46,205 bases of DNA. It comes from Deltaproteobacteria bacterium. Lineage in GTDB: Bacteria; Myxococcota; JACRCW01. This document shows, one piece after another, positions 18,123-28,200 of this stretch. The notes beneath the pieces were generated by a model. It did not search any database and was not told the DNA's origin. It saw only the letters and a program-made list of their open reading frames with translations. The DNA is taken from positions 62,001 to 108,205 of the forward strand of contig JACRCW010000157.1 in the NCBI GenBank assembly GCA_016218805.1, in the 5' to 3' direction. Each line of letters starts with the position of its first letter. Within the stretch, counting starts at the first letter, position 1. The position numbers were made by a program, and so were the translations under genes.

Positions 18123-21100
18123 ATGCCCAACTTTCCGCTGGCCCTTGTCCTCCCGGTCTGCCTCATCCTTGGTGGTTCCAGCTGCGGCAACAACAAGCCG
18201 GAGCCGCCGCCTGCTCCCAAGCTCAAGACCATTTCGCCTCCCATTGGTGACCTGGGGGGTGGTCAGACGGTGACGCTCAAGGGCGAGAACCTGGGTGGCG
18301 CGTCCGAAGTGAAGTTTGGTGCTGTGGCAGCGGCGGTGCCGGTGGTGGCGGCGGATGGGTTGTCCCTGACGTGCCTGACGCCGCCGGGCGCGCGCGGGAC
18401 GGTGGCGGTCTCCGTGACCACGCCAGGTGGCACGGACACGGTGCAGAACGCGTTCACCTACGTCACGCAGGTGTTCATCACCGCGCTGGAGCCGGACCAC
18501 GTGCCGGCCAACCAGGAGTCCCAGGTCACCATCCGCGGGCGCGGCCTGATTCCGCCCATGTCCGTGAAGATCACCGGTCCCAACGACGTGTCCGTCAATG
18601 CGGTGGTGGGCACGGGCACGGACCAGGCGGTGGCGGTGACCATTCCGGCGCTGGACGTGGGGAGCTACCAGCTGACGGCCACCAACGGTGAAAACCAGCT
18701 GCAGACCAGCCCCATCCCGCTCACGGTGACGGAGCCCATCCGCGTGACGCTGATTGACCCGGACAGCGGGTTTGCCGACGAGGAACTGCTGGTGCGCATT
18801 GAGGGCACCGGGTTCACCGCGTCCACGGGGGTGACCGCCGTGCTGGCCGGCACGGCGCCCTGCACGGACCTGCTGGTGGAGGATGACACGCACATCAGCT
18901 GCAGGATTCCGCCGGGCACTGCCGGGGCGGTGGACGTGACCGTGCGCCGGTCCGTGGGAGATGAGACCAAGGTCACCAACGGGTTCACCTGGCACAGCCC
19001 CACGGATGCCACCGTCCGCATCCTGTATGCGGACCCGCGCAACGGGCGCAGCACGGGCGGGCAGGAGACGCTGATTGCCGCCACCGGCGTGAGCGGGCAG
19101 ACGCCCACGGTGACCATTGGTGGGGCAGCAGCCACGGTGCTGGGTGTGGTGGATGGCAAGCGCGTGCGCGTGCAACTGCCGTCCCACGCGGTGGCGGGGC
19201 TGGACGTTTCTGAGAAGGTGGCCATCAATCTGACGGCGGGGTCCGGTACGGACACCAAGCAGAATGCGTTCACCTTCTACGTGCGGCCCGGCGTGGGGAC
19301 CATCAGCCCGGTCAAGGGCGCCACCGTCGGCGGGGACCGCATCACCATGTTTGGCGAGGGCTTCACCGCGCGGCACCTGCGCGTCACGTTTGACGGGGCG
19401 GAGGCCACCGAGGTGACGCGCCTGGACGGACTGCACCTCACCTGCCGCGTGCCGCCGCATTCGGCCGGCTTTGTGGACGTGCAGGTGTTCAGCGAGTTTG
19501 ACGCGTCCGACGTGGCGGTGGGCGCGTTTGAGTACCGCGAGGCGGTGCGCATCACCGCGCTGGACCCGCCCACGGCGAGCATCGCCGGCGGGACCATCGT
19601 GGAGGCGCAGGGCAGCGGGTACGTGGCGGGGCGCATGGAGGTGAAGGTGGACGGCGTGGTGGTGGACAACCCCACGGTGCAGTCCAACAGCCGGATGCGG
19701 TTTGTGATGCCGCGCCGCAACGCGGTGGCCACCGTGCAGGTCAGTGTGCGGGACACGGCGGGCACGGACGCGGAGCTGTCCACCGGCACCATCAGCCTGG
19801 ACTACCAGGACAAGACCATTCCCGGCGGCGGGGTCACCGGCGGCATCATCAAGCGCAACATCTCCGTCAGCGTGGTGCGGCAGGACAATGGCGCCGCGGT
19901 GAGCGGGGCCACGGTGTTCCTGGGAGACAGCTGGCAGAACGCCACGTACAAGGGCGCCACCGACGACAAGGGCATGCTGGTGCTGGCGGCCAGTGACCTC
20001 AGCGGACCGGTGACCATCACCGCGGCGCGCACCGGGTACGAGAACCAGACGCGCCTGGGGTTGAACGCGGGCGAGGTCACCTTTGCGCTGTTGCCATACG
20101 ATTGGCAGAACCCGACGCCGGGCACTCCGGCGACGATCACGGGGACCGTGGGCAACTGGGCGGCGGCGGGATACCCGCTGGGCTACGCGCCCGGCGTGGT
20201 GAAGCGGGTGGCGGTGCTGTGGCTGGCGGAGCCGGACCAGGGGTTCGGGTCGCCCAATCCCGGTCCGTTCAACGTCATTGCCGAGGAGCCCAACTGCGAC
20301 GTCACCATCAACAACGCCAACACCGCGCTCCCCACGAGCTTCACGCTGGACGCGGCGCCGGGCGGGCAGGTGGCGCTGATGGCGGTGGTGTACTTCTACG
20401 ACTCCAAGAACGGCGTGTGTAACCCGGAGGCGCCGCCGGGCCAGCAGCAGGCCAACCCGGAAGGTGAGAGCTTCCTGCTGGTGACGGCGGGCGCGGTGGG
20501 CCTGCTCACGGACTTCCCCGTACGTTCCGGCACCAACCCCGGCGCCAACGTCCCCATCAACCGGACGGTGACGGACGGGATGGTGGTGAACCTGGTGGGC
20601 GCACCCGCGCTGGGCGGCGCGGGCCAGACCGCGCGGACCGTGGACGCGGTGCTGGATGTGGGCGCGTCGGGCGTGTTCACGTTCTTCAATCCCATTGCGG
20701 ACACCGCCACGGTGCAGATGAACCAGTCGCTGCCGGCTGCGGGGTTGTCGTACTACTCGGGCGCGGACTTCATGAACGCCATCCCGTCTGCGGTGCCCGC
20801 GCCGGGTGGGGATCTCAAGTACATCCTGCACGGCATTGCCGCGCGGCCCGCCGTGGAGCAGGGGCAGATCGTGGGTTACACGCTGCCGTACAGCGAGGTG
20901 TGGAAGCGCGCGGTCACCGGCGCCCAGGAGAACCTGGAGAACTGGTACGAATTTCCAACGGGGATGAGCCCGGGCATCGGCGGGACGCTGCAGAACCGCG
21001 CGTTCAGCTGGGGCGCGCTCACGCAGGCGAGTTCGTTTGTGGTGGCGGACGTGGGGCAGGTGGACGGCAACGGCAACATCACGCCGCGGTGGACCATCTT

Positions 21101-21317
21101 CATGCCCGGGGACACCACGCAGCTCACCCTGCCAACGGTGTCCGGCGCGGGGGACACCGAGGACCTGCAGTCCGGCACGCTGCTGTGGCAGGTGAGTGCG
21201 TACGCGCTGTTTGAGTCTGACGGGTTCAACTTCCAGGACCACCAGGTCGGCAACCTGGGCGAGGCGCACTGGCGCGCGCGCGCGGCGTCTGACCTGGTGG
21301 ACTTCCAGCTGCCCTGA
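18123..21317 (+). CDS. IPT/TIG-repeat lipoprotein with carboxypeptidase-regulatory-like domain
   Basis: MPNFPLALVLPVCLILGGSSC signal. About six repeats of I..I.P..G...GG..V.I.G.GF...V.FG....C..PP...G.V.V.V...F.Y, then VSGATVFLG..GATDDKG..VTITAARTGY. Confidence 0.88.
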   Translation: MPNFPLALVLPVCLILGGSSCGNNKPEPPPAPKLKTISPPIGDLGGGQTVTLKGENLGGASEVKFGAVAAAVPVVAADGLSLTCLTPPGARGTVAVSVTTPGGTDTVQNAFTYVTQVFITALEPDHVPANQESQVTIRGRGLIPPMSVKITGPNDVSVNAVVGTGTDQAVAVTIPALDVGSYQLTATNGENQLQTSPIPLTVTEPIRVTLIDPDSGFADEELLVRIEGTGFTASTGVTAVLAGTAPCTDLLVEDDTHISCRIPPGTAGAVDVTVRRSVGDETKVTNGFTWHSPTDATVRILYADPRNGRSTGGQETLIAATGVSGQTPTVTIGGAAATVLGVVDGKRVRVQLPSHAVAGLDVSEKVAINLTAGSGTDTKQNAFTFYVRPGVGTISPVKGATVGGDRITMFGEGFTARHLRVTFDGAEATEVTRLDGLHLTCRVPPHSAGFVDVQVFSEFDASDVAVGAFEYREAVRITALDPPTASIAGGTIVEAQGSGYVAGRMEVKVDGVVVDNPTVQSNSRMRFVMPRRNAVATVQVSVRDTAGTDAELSTGTISLDYQDKTIPGGGVTGGIIKRNISVSVVRQDNGAAVSGATVFLGDSWQNATYKGATDDKGMLVLAASDLSGPVTITAARTGYENQTRLGLNAGEVTFALLPYDWQNPTPGTPATITGTVGNWAAAGYPLGYAPGVVKRVAVLWLAEPDQGFGSPNPGPFNVIAEEPNCDVTINNANTALPTSFTLDAAPGGQVALMAVVYFYDSKNGVCNPEAPPGQQQANPEGESFLLVTAGAVGLLTDFPVRSGTNPGANVPINRTVTDGMVVNLVGAPALGGAGQTARTVDAVLDVGASGVFTFFNPIADTATVQMNQSLPAAGLSYYSGADFMNAIPSAVPAPGGDLKYILHGIAARPAVEQGQIVGYTLPYSEVWKRAVTGAQENLENWYEFPTGMSPGIGGTLQNRAFSWGALTQASSFVVADVGQVDGNGNITPRWTIFMPGDTTQLTLPTVSGAGDTEDLQSGTLLWQVSAYALFESDGFNFQDHQVGNLGEAHWRARAASDLVDFQLP

Positions 21318-21421
21318 CGGCGTCACGCGCGGAAAGCAGAACCCGCTCCCGGACAAGATGGAGACCCTCCGTCGGCTCAGCCCCCGCCCCGCGTCCGGCC
21401 GCACCGGCGTGCGGCCGCGTA

Positions 21422-21443
21422 GCCTCCCCCTCGGGGGGGAGGC
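21422..21443. other. Perfect 9-bp GC hairpin in intergenic region
   Basis: GCCTCCCCC-TCGG-GGGGGAGGC; no U-tract, function unknown. Confidence 0.4.
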
Positions 21444-21597
21444 GGCTTGCCGCTGTCAGGCGGCAAGCGGTGGGGGGGGGGGACGTGCAGCGGGCCCCGC
21501 GTGCGTTCGCCCTGGCTGCGCGCCGTCGCCCACCCTCCACCCGCCTCGGCGCTGTGCGCCTCGGCAACCTCCCCCACAGGGCGGGAGGCAAGCGCCC

Positions 21598-24500
21598 ATG
21601 AAGCGGCTTGCTGTCGTCCTGCTGCTTGCCGCGGCGCCCACCGCGCACGCCGCGCCGCGCCCGTGGAAGGGCACGGACGCCTGGCTGGGCGCGGTGGAGA
21701 AACGCGTGGAGGCCGGCGCAGCCTCCGTGGCGGCGCTGGGCTGGCTGCACCACCGCCTGGAGTGGCGTGACGAAGACACCAGCCCGCAGCGCCTGCAGAA
21801 GCTGCTGCAGAAACTCTCCGTTTCACCGCGCGCGCACCCGCTGGTGCGTGACCACGCGCACCTGGCATTGGCCACCCTGGCCCTGGACGCCGGTGACGTC
21901 ACCACGGCGCGGGAGCACCAGCGCGCGGCGGGGGTGATCACCGCGTTCCAGGTGCTGGGGCCGTTTGAGAACGCCGGCGGCGGCGCGTTCCTGGCCCCGC
22001 TGGGCGTGGAGGAGGATCCCGGCCTGGACCGCGCGCATGACGGGCTGGCCCGACCCGTGCGCTGGCACCCGGTGGATGACGTGGGACCGCGCGGCGTGCT
22101 GGCGCTGCATGACCAGGTGTGGCCCAACGACGACACGCTGGCCGCCGTCCTGGTGTGGGTCCGCTCGGACGCGCCGCGTGACGTGGCGCTGCGCCTGGGC
22201 GCATCCGACCAGGTGGCGGTGGTGTTCAACGGGGAGGCGGTGTTCCTGGCGGACGCGCAGCATCCGGTGGCCTTTGACCAGTACGCCGTGCCGCTGCACC
22301 TGGAGCAGGGGTGGAACCGGCTGGTGTTCCGCGTGGGCCAGCTGCGCGGCGGCTGGAACCTGGCGGCGCGTCTCACCGCGCCGGACGGGTCCGCGCTGGC
22401 CGGCGTGGAGACCAGCCAAGACCCCGTCCACGAAGCCGAGGCCCGCAGCGCCCGCTTCTCCCCGTCCGGAACCGCCGTGGCGGACGCGCTGGCCGCGGTG
22501 GACACGGCGGCCCGGGACCCCAACGCCGACGCGGCTGCGCTGGAGGACGCCTGGCGGCTGCACCGCGCCCTGCGCGCGGATGACGAGCGCCAACGCCCCG
22601 CGGCGCGGGTGGCGCTGCTGGAGGAGGCGCAGCGCCGGCAGCCCAACGATCCATTCCTGCTGGCCGCGCTGGCTGAAGAACAGGCCGATGACGACGTGAA
22701 CCACGCGCGCGAACTGCTGCAATCCGCGGTGGCGGCCGACCCGGGATTTGCGCCGGGCTGGCTGGCGCTGGGACGCCTGCGCGCGCGGCAGGCTCTGCCC
22801 GCTGAAGCGCGCGCCCACCTGGCGCGCGCCGCGCGGGACCGGACGCTGACCCGGGCCGCCGTGGCGCTGGCGGAAGAGCGCGTGGCGCTGGGGACGGACG
22901 TGGACGGCGCGGTGGAGGCGCTGGCAGCGGTGGCGCGGGCCCGCCCCACGTTGATGGCGCTGGAAGGTCTGATGCGGCTGGAGCAGAACCGCGGCGGGTT
23001 TCCCGCGGCGGCGGCGGCGGCGGAGAAGCTGCGCGCGGCGTGGCCGGGGCACCGCGGTGCCCGCGCCTACCTGGCGGACACCGCGCGCCGCCGCGGTGAG
23101 TGGCCGCGCGTGCTGGAGGCATGGCGCGCGGCGGCCGTCCTGGAACCGCACGGGGAGGGCCCGGCGCTGGAGGTGGCCACGGCGTTGTGGAACCTGGGGC
23201 GCACGGACGAGGCGGTGGACGGCCTGGCGGCGTTCACGGCGCGGCACCCGGACGCGACGGGTGTGTGGGAACGGTTGGGTGACCTGCAGCTGCGGCGCGG
23301 CAAGGCGCGCGACGCGGCGGAGGCGTGGCGCGCGCTGCTGCTGCTCAAACCGCAGGAGGCGCCGCTGCGCCGGCACGTGGAGGCGCTGGATTCCACCGAG
23401 CGGTTTGAAGACCGCTATGTGCTGCCGGTGGAGAAGCTGGCGGCCGCCGCGCCACCGCCGGGTGCGGCGGCGGCGGGCGCGTACGTGCTGGGACACCTGG
23501 TGGCGTACCGGCTGTATGAGAACGGCCTGACCACGCAGGTGGTGGACATGGCGTACCGGCTGGTGGACGCGGCCCGGGCCCCGCTGCTGCAGAAGCTGTC
23601 CGCGTCCTACGTGCCCGGGCGGGAGACGTTTGAGGTGCTGCGCGCGGAGCGGGTCACCGCCGCGGGCCAGGTGTTCGCCGCTGACGTGGATGAGCAGGAC
23701 CCCGGCGGACCGGTGCAGGGGATGTACGTGGACCGGCGGCGCGTGACGGTGGACTACGGCCACCTGGAGCGGGGTGACCTCATCCGGCTGCGCTACCGGT
23801 TGGATGCCAGCGGGGAACGCAACCTGTTTGGTGACTTCTTTGGGCTCATGGAGGACGCGCAGGAGGCGCTGCCCAAGGCAAGCTGGGAGCTGGTGGTGGA
23901 AGCGCCCGCCACGCGCAAGCTGTACGCGCGCACGCAGCGCCTGCCGCCCATGACGTCAACGGTGGAAGGTGACCGGGTCACCTGGCGGCTGCACGCGGAC
24001 AACCTGCCGGCGTTGGTGCTGGAGCCCCACATGCCGCCGTACACGGAGGTGGGCGCCTACGCAGTGATGTCCACGTACGGCAGCTGGGAGGAACTGGGGC
24101 GCTGGTACCAGGGGCTGGTGAAGGACGCGCTGGTGCCGGATGACGCGGTCCGGCGCGCCACCGACGAGCTGCTTCCCGGCGCGGTGGATGACGACGAGAA
24201 GATCCGCCGCATCCACCGGTTCGTGTTGGCGCGCACGCGCTACGTGGGCATTGAGCTGGGGATTCACGGTTGGAAGCCGTACCGCGTGGGCCAGGTGCTG
24301 GCGCGCGGCTACGGGGACTGCAAGGACAAAGCGTCCCTGATGGTGGCGATGATGAAACACGCCGGCGTGGACGCGCGGCTGGCGCTGGTGCGCACCAATG
24401 ACCTCGGTCCCATGGTGGACCTCCCGTCCATGTGGTCGTTCAACCACGCCATTGCGTACGTGCCGTCACGCCGCCTGTTCCTGGACGGGACCGCGGAGTT

Positions 24501-25266
24501 CAGCGGCCGGGGCGAACTGCCCTACCAGGACCAGGACGCCATGGTGCTGACGGTGGACGTGGCGGACGGGCGCGTGGAGCGGCTTTCGCCCGCGGCGGCG
24601 CCTTCCACCGCCAACACCAATGCGTCTGACTACGTGGTGGAGCTGGGCGCGGACGGCTCCGCGCGGCTGACGGGGGAGGAGCGGTTTGCCGGAGCGCGCG
24701 CGCCCGACGAGCGCGCCCGCCTGCAGGACCCGGCGACGCGGCAGCAGGTGCTGGAGAAGGACCTGTCACAGGTCTACCCGGGGGCGCGGATTGTGGAAGC
24801 GTCGTTCTCGGACTCGGCGGACCTGGACGCCCCGGTGGTGTACCGGTTCCGCGCTGAGCTGCCGTCGTTTGGCAGCGTGGAGGGCGGTGAGCTGGTGGTG
24901 CCGGTGACCCTGTACCCCCACCAGGTGGAGCGCACCTACGCCGCCGCCGCGCAACGGACGCACGACGTGGTGCTGCCGTTCCCGTCGTTGACGCGCAACC
25001 GGATGCGGTTTGTGTTGCCGCCCGGCGCCCGGGTGCGCCTCCCCGCCACCGGCGGCCGTGACGTGCACACCCAAGTTGAGTTCACCCAGGTGGTCACACC
25101 GCTGCCGGATGGCTGGACAGTGGAAGAGACCCTGCACCTGAAGGCGCGGCGCATTCCGGTGCGGTCCTACGCGCCGTTCCGCCAGGTGGCGGTGGAGGCT
25201 GACCGGCGCATGGCCCAGAAGGTGCGCGTGACGCTGCCGCGCGTCGAAGCGGGGAGGGCGCCGTGA
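21598..25266 (+). CDS. Secreted TPR + DUF3857 + transglutaminase-like protein, catalytic triad intact
   Basis: Signal MKRLAVVLLLAAAPTAHA, beta-sandwich domain (FQVLGPFEN..LHLEQGWNRLV), TPR-like helices, RYVGIELGIHGWKP, GYGDCKDKA (Cys), FNHAIAYV (His), FLDGTA (Asp). Confidence 0.9.
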   Translation: MKRLAVVLLLAAAPTAHAAPRPWKGTDAWLGAVEKRVEAGAASVAALGWLHHRLEWRDEDTSPQRLQKLLQKLSVSPRAHPLVRDHAHLALATLALDAGDVTTAREHQRAAGVITAFQVLGPFENAGGGAFLAPLGVEEDPGLDRAHDGLARPVRWHPVDDVGPRGVLALHDQVWPNDDTLAAVLVWVRSDAPRDVALRLGASDQVAVVFNGEAVFLADAQHPVAFDQYAVPLHLEQGWNRLVFRVGQLRGGWNLAARLTAPDGSALAGVETSQDPVHEAEARSARFSPSGTAVADALAAVDTAARDPNADAAALEDAWRLHRALRADDERQRPAARVALLEEAQRRQPNDPFLLAALAEEQADDDVNHARELLQSAVAADPGFAPGWLALGRLRARQALPAEARAHLARAARDRTLTRAAVALAEERVALGTDVDGAVEALAAVARARPTLMALEGLMRLEQNRGGFPAAAAAAEKLRAAWPGHRGARAYLADTARRRGEWPRVLEAWRAAAVLEPHGEGPALEVATALWNLGRTDEAVDGLAAFTARHPDATGVWERLGDLQLRRGKARDAAEAWRALLLLKPQEAPLRRHVEALDSTERFEDRYVLPVEKLAAAAPPPGAAAAGAYVLGHLVAYRLYENGLTTQVVDMAYRLVDAARAPLLQKLSASYVPGRETFEVLRAERVTAAGQVFAADVDEQDPGGPVQGMYVDRRRVTVDYGHLERGDLIRLRYRLDASGERNLFGDFFGLMEDAQEALPKASWELVVEAPATRKLYARTQRLPPMTSTVEGDRVTWRLHADNLPALVLEPHMPPYTEVGAYAVMSTYGSWEELGRWYQGLVKDALVPDDAVRRATDELLPGAVDDDEKIRRIHRFVLARTRYVGIELGIHGWKPYRVGQVLARGYGDCKDKASLMVAMMKHAGVDARLALVRTNDLGPMVDLPSMWSFNHAIAYVPSRRLFLDGTAEFSGRGELPYQDQDAMVLTVDVADGRVERLSPAAAPSTANTNASDYVVELGADGSARLTGEERFAGARAPDERARLQDPATRQQVLEKDLSQVYPGARIVEASFSDSADLDAPVVYRFRAELPSFGSVEGGELVVPVTLYPHQVERTYAAAAQRTHDVVLPFPSLTRNRMRFVLPPGARVRLPATGGRDVHTQVEFTQVVTPLPDGWTVEETLHLKARRIPVRSYAPFRQVAVEADRRMAQKVRVTLPRVEAGRAP

Positions 25267-28200
25267 AACGGTCGGCCCTGCTGGTCCTGGTCCTGGTGGC
25301 GGCGGCCTGCCGGACCGCGCCGCCCGCGCGCACCCCTGCGCCGCCCACCCGGCCCGTGGGGCGGCAGCCCATTCCTCCCGCGCGCGCGGTGCCGCAGGGA
25401 GCCGGCGTGCTGGTGCTTTCGCAGCGGACCGGCATGGCCACCGGCCAGGACGCGGAGGCGCTGTACTGGCGCGCGGTGCAGGCGTGGCACGTGGACAATG
25501 ACGCCGCGCGCGCCGCGGTCCTGGTGGAGAGCGCGCTCCGCGCGCAGCCGGCCCACGCCCGCGCACTGCTGCTGCGCTGCGCCCTGGGGGCGGCGGACCG
25601 GCGCTACGCGGCCTTTGTGGAACAGTGCGCGGCAACGGTGGAGGTGGCCTGGGGGTCCTGGGTGGCGGAAGCCGCGCTGGTCTACGCGGACCAGGCCCGC
25701 GGGCAGCACCCGGACCATGATGCGCGGGTGGCCACGGCGGCGCTGCAGGCGCTGGATTCCTGTACCCGCGGCACCGGCGCCCGTTGTGCCGCACTGGGGG
25801 CGCGCGGCCTGCGGGCGGCCCTGGGCGTGGCGGCGGCCCGCCGGGACGTGGCGTGGTGGCAGTCCCTGGCCGCGCGCGCCGGCGTGGTGACGGCGTGGAC
25901 GGTGGCGGGCCCGTACGGCCCGGCGGAGGTGGACGCGTTCCGCGGCCTGGCGGGCTTTGCGCTGGCGGGCATTCCTCCGGAACCCGTCCACGCCGGTGTG
26001 CGCACGGCCGCGTTTCACCGCGTGGCCCGGCAGGTGTCTGACGGCGCCCTGCAGCCCGCGCGCCTGGCCTCCCCCGGCCTCTACGCCGCCGAATCCTGGG
26101 TCCACCTGCCACGGCCCGCGCGCGTGCTGGTGGAGGTGCGCAGCGCGGTGTCCTTCCGGGTGGCCCTGGACGGCGCGGTGGTGCTCACCCATGACGAGTG
26201 GGCCGACCCGCCGCGCCCGCGCGCCACCGCCACGGTGGTCATGGCGCCGGGATGGCACCGCGTGGGGCTGGAGGTCTCCGCCCGCGGGGTGGACCGCGTG
26301 GACGTGCGCCTCATCTCGGACGACGGGCGCGCGCCGCTGGACCAGCAGTTTGCCGCCCTGCCGGAGGGCAGTTTCCCGTCGCCCGCGGCGGTGCCGGCGC
26401 CCGGGCTGGCGGACCTGGAGACGGAAGCCGAGGCGCTGTTCCGCGCCTCACCGGACGACGTGGAGGCGGCGCTGGCGGCGGTGGCCGCCCACGCAGCCAA
26501 CGGGGATGCCGCGCGGGCGCGCCGCCTGGCGGAGGACGTGGTGGAGGCGTTCCCGGCCAGCGCGCGCGCGCTGCAAATGCTGTCCACCGTGGTGGAGGAT
26601 GACCAGGCGTTGCCCGCGGCCGTTCGGCAGTCCCTGGCACGCGCACACTGCGAGAAGGCGCTGGCCGTGGATCCGCGCGTGCTCATCTGCCGCTACCGCC
26701 TGGCCGTGCTGGACCAGGCGCGCCGCCCGGAAGACACGCTGCGCGCGCTCACGGCGCTGGTGACGGACCGTCCGGACTATCCGCACGCCTGGCGGTCCCT
26801 CATGGAGGTCTACCGCGCGCTGGGCTGGAACGCGGAAGCCGCCGCCGCGGCGGACCGGGCGCTGGCGCTGGGGGCGGTGGACGGCGTGGTGGACCCGGCC
26901 GCGGCGTTCTTCCAGTCCCTGGGCGAAGGCGCCCGGGCGCGCGCCCTGCGCCTGCGTTCCGCCCTGGTGGACCGGGAGCCGTTCAGCCCGCGGCTGGCGG
27001 AGTGGCTGGCGGACGGCCTGGACGACGAGGCCGCGCTCAAGGAATGGGACCGGTTGCTGCGCGTGTTTCCGGACCATCCCGACCAGGTGGACCGGCTTGC
27101 GCTGGTGCGGCGGTCACGGGATGCGCGCACGTACCACAAGGCGCTGGAAGCGCACGTTGCGCGCTTCCCCGCTGACGGTGACGGAATCCTGCAGTGGTGC
27201 ACGCTGTCGCGGTCACTGGGCGACGCGCGGGCCCTGCGGACCTGCCTGGAGCGCGCGGACGCCGTGGTGCCCTCGTCATCCCTGCTGTACCGCCTGCGGG
27301 AGGAGACCGCTGGCCGCGAGGTGGGAGACGACCCGGCACTCCCGGTGCGGGAGGTGCGGTCGCTCGTGGAAGAGCTGGAAGCGGCGCGCCGCGCGGGTGC
27401 CCCGTGGCTGGGTGACGCCGCGACCGTGGTGCTGGTGGACCATGGACGCCGGGTGCTGGCGCGTGACGGCGGCGGCTACTCCGCGAAGCACCGCGTGGTG
27501 CGGATCGGCACGCGGGACGCCGCTGACGCCATGGGGGAGATCCGCGCCGGTAACGACGAGGAATGGCGCGTGCTGCGCGTCCTGAAGGCGGATGGCCGCG
27601 TGCTGGAACCGGAGGTGGGCCAGGGCAAGGGGGACGTGAGCCTCAGCGGCCTGGAGCCGGGTGACACGGTGGAGATGCGGTCGGTGACGCTGGGGCGCCC
27701 CCCGCCCGTGGACGGCCGCTTCTGGGAGTGGTTCCTGCTGGGTGACCGCTACCCGGTGCTGCACGCGGAGTACGTCCTGGATGTGCCGGCGGCCTTGATG
27801 TCGTCGTTGCGCATTGCGGAGCGTGGGGTGGCCGCGCCGCGGGTGGTGACACTGGACGGTGTGGTCCGCCACGCGTGGGCCCTGGACCAGGTCCCCGCGC
27901 GCGTCCCTGAACCGTTCTCCCCCAACGCCGCGGAGTACCAGCCGCGCGTGCTGGTGGCGCTGGGACCGGACGACGGCCCTGACGCGCGGACCGTGTGCCG
28001 GCGCCTGGCGGGCACCGCGCGGACCGGCCGCACCCTGGGGGACTGGAACGCGCACGTGGCGCGCGCGGGCGGGGGGCCGGATGTGATCCTGGAGCGCGTG
28101 CTGGACGAAGTGCGCGCGCGCGTGGAGCCCGCGGCCGGGCCGTGGGAGGCGGAGTCCGCCGCGGCGCTGGGACGGGGCATGCACCTGCCGCTGGCGCGGG

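Noticed and set aside
18108..21404. Long antisense ORFs (also 4126..5409, 8518..9966, 21823..23763, 27276..29090, 40705..43572)
   Set aside because: These are typical high-GC shadow frames opposite genes with clear family motifs, with Arg/His/Gly-rich composition and no motifs of their own.
21318..21597. G-runs and hairpin as a terminator or phase-variable tract
   Set aside because: There is no U-tract after the hairpin, and the G-run is intergenic with no identifiable promoter elements to modulate.
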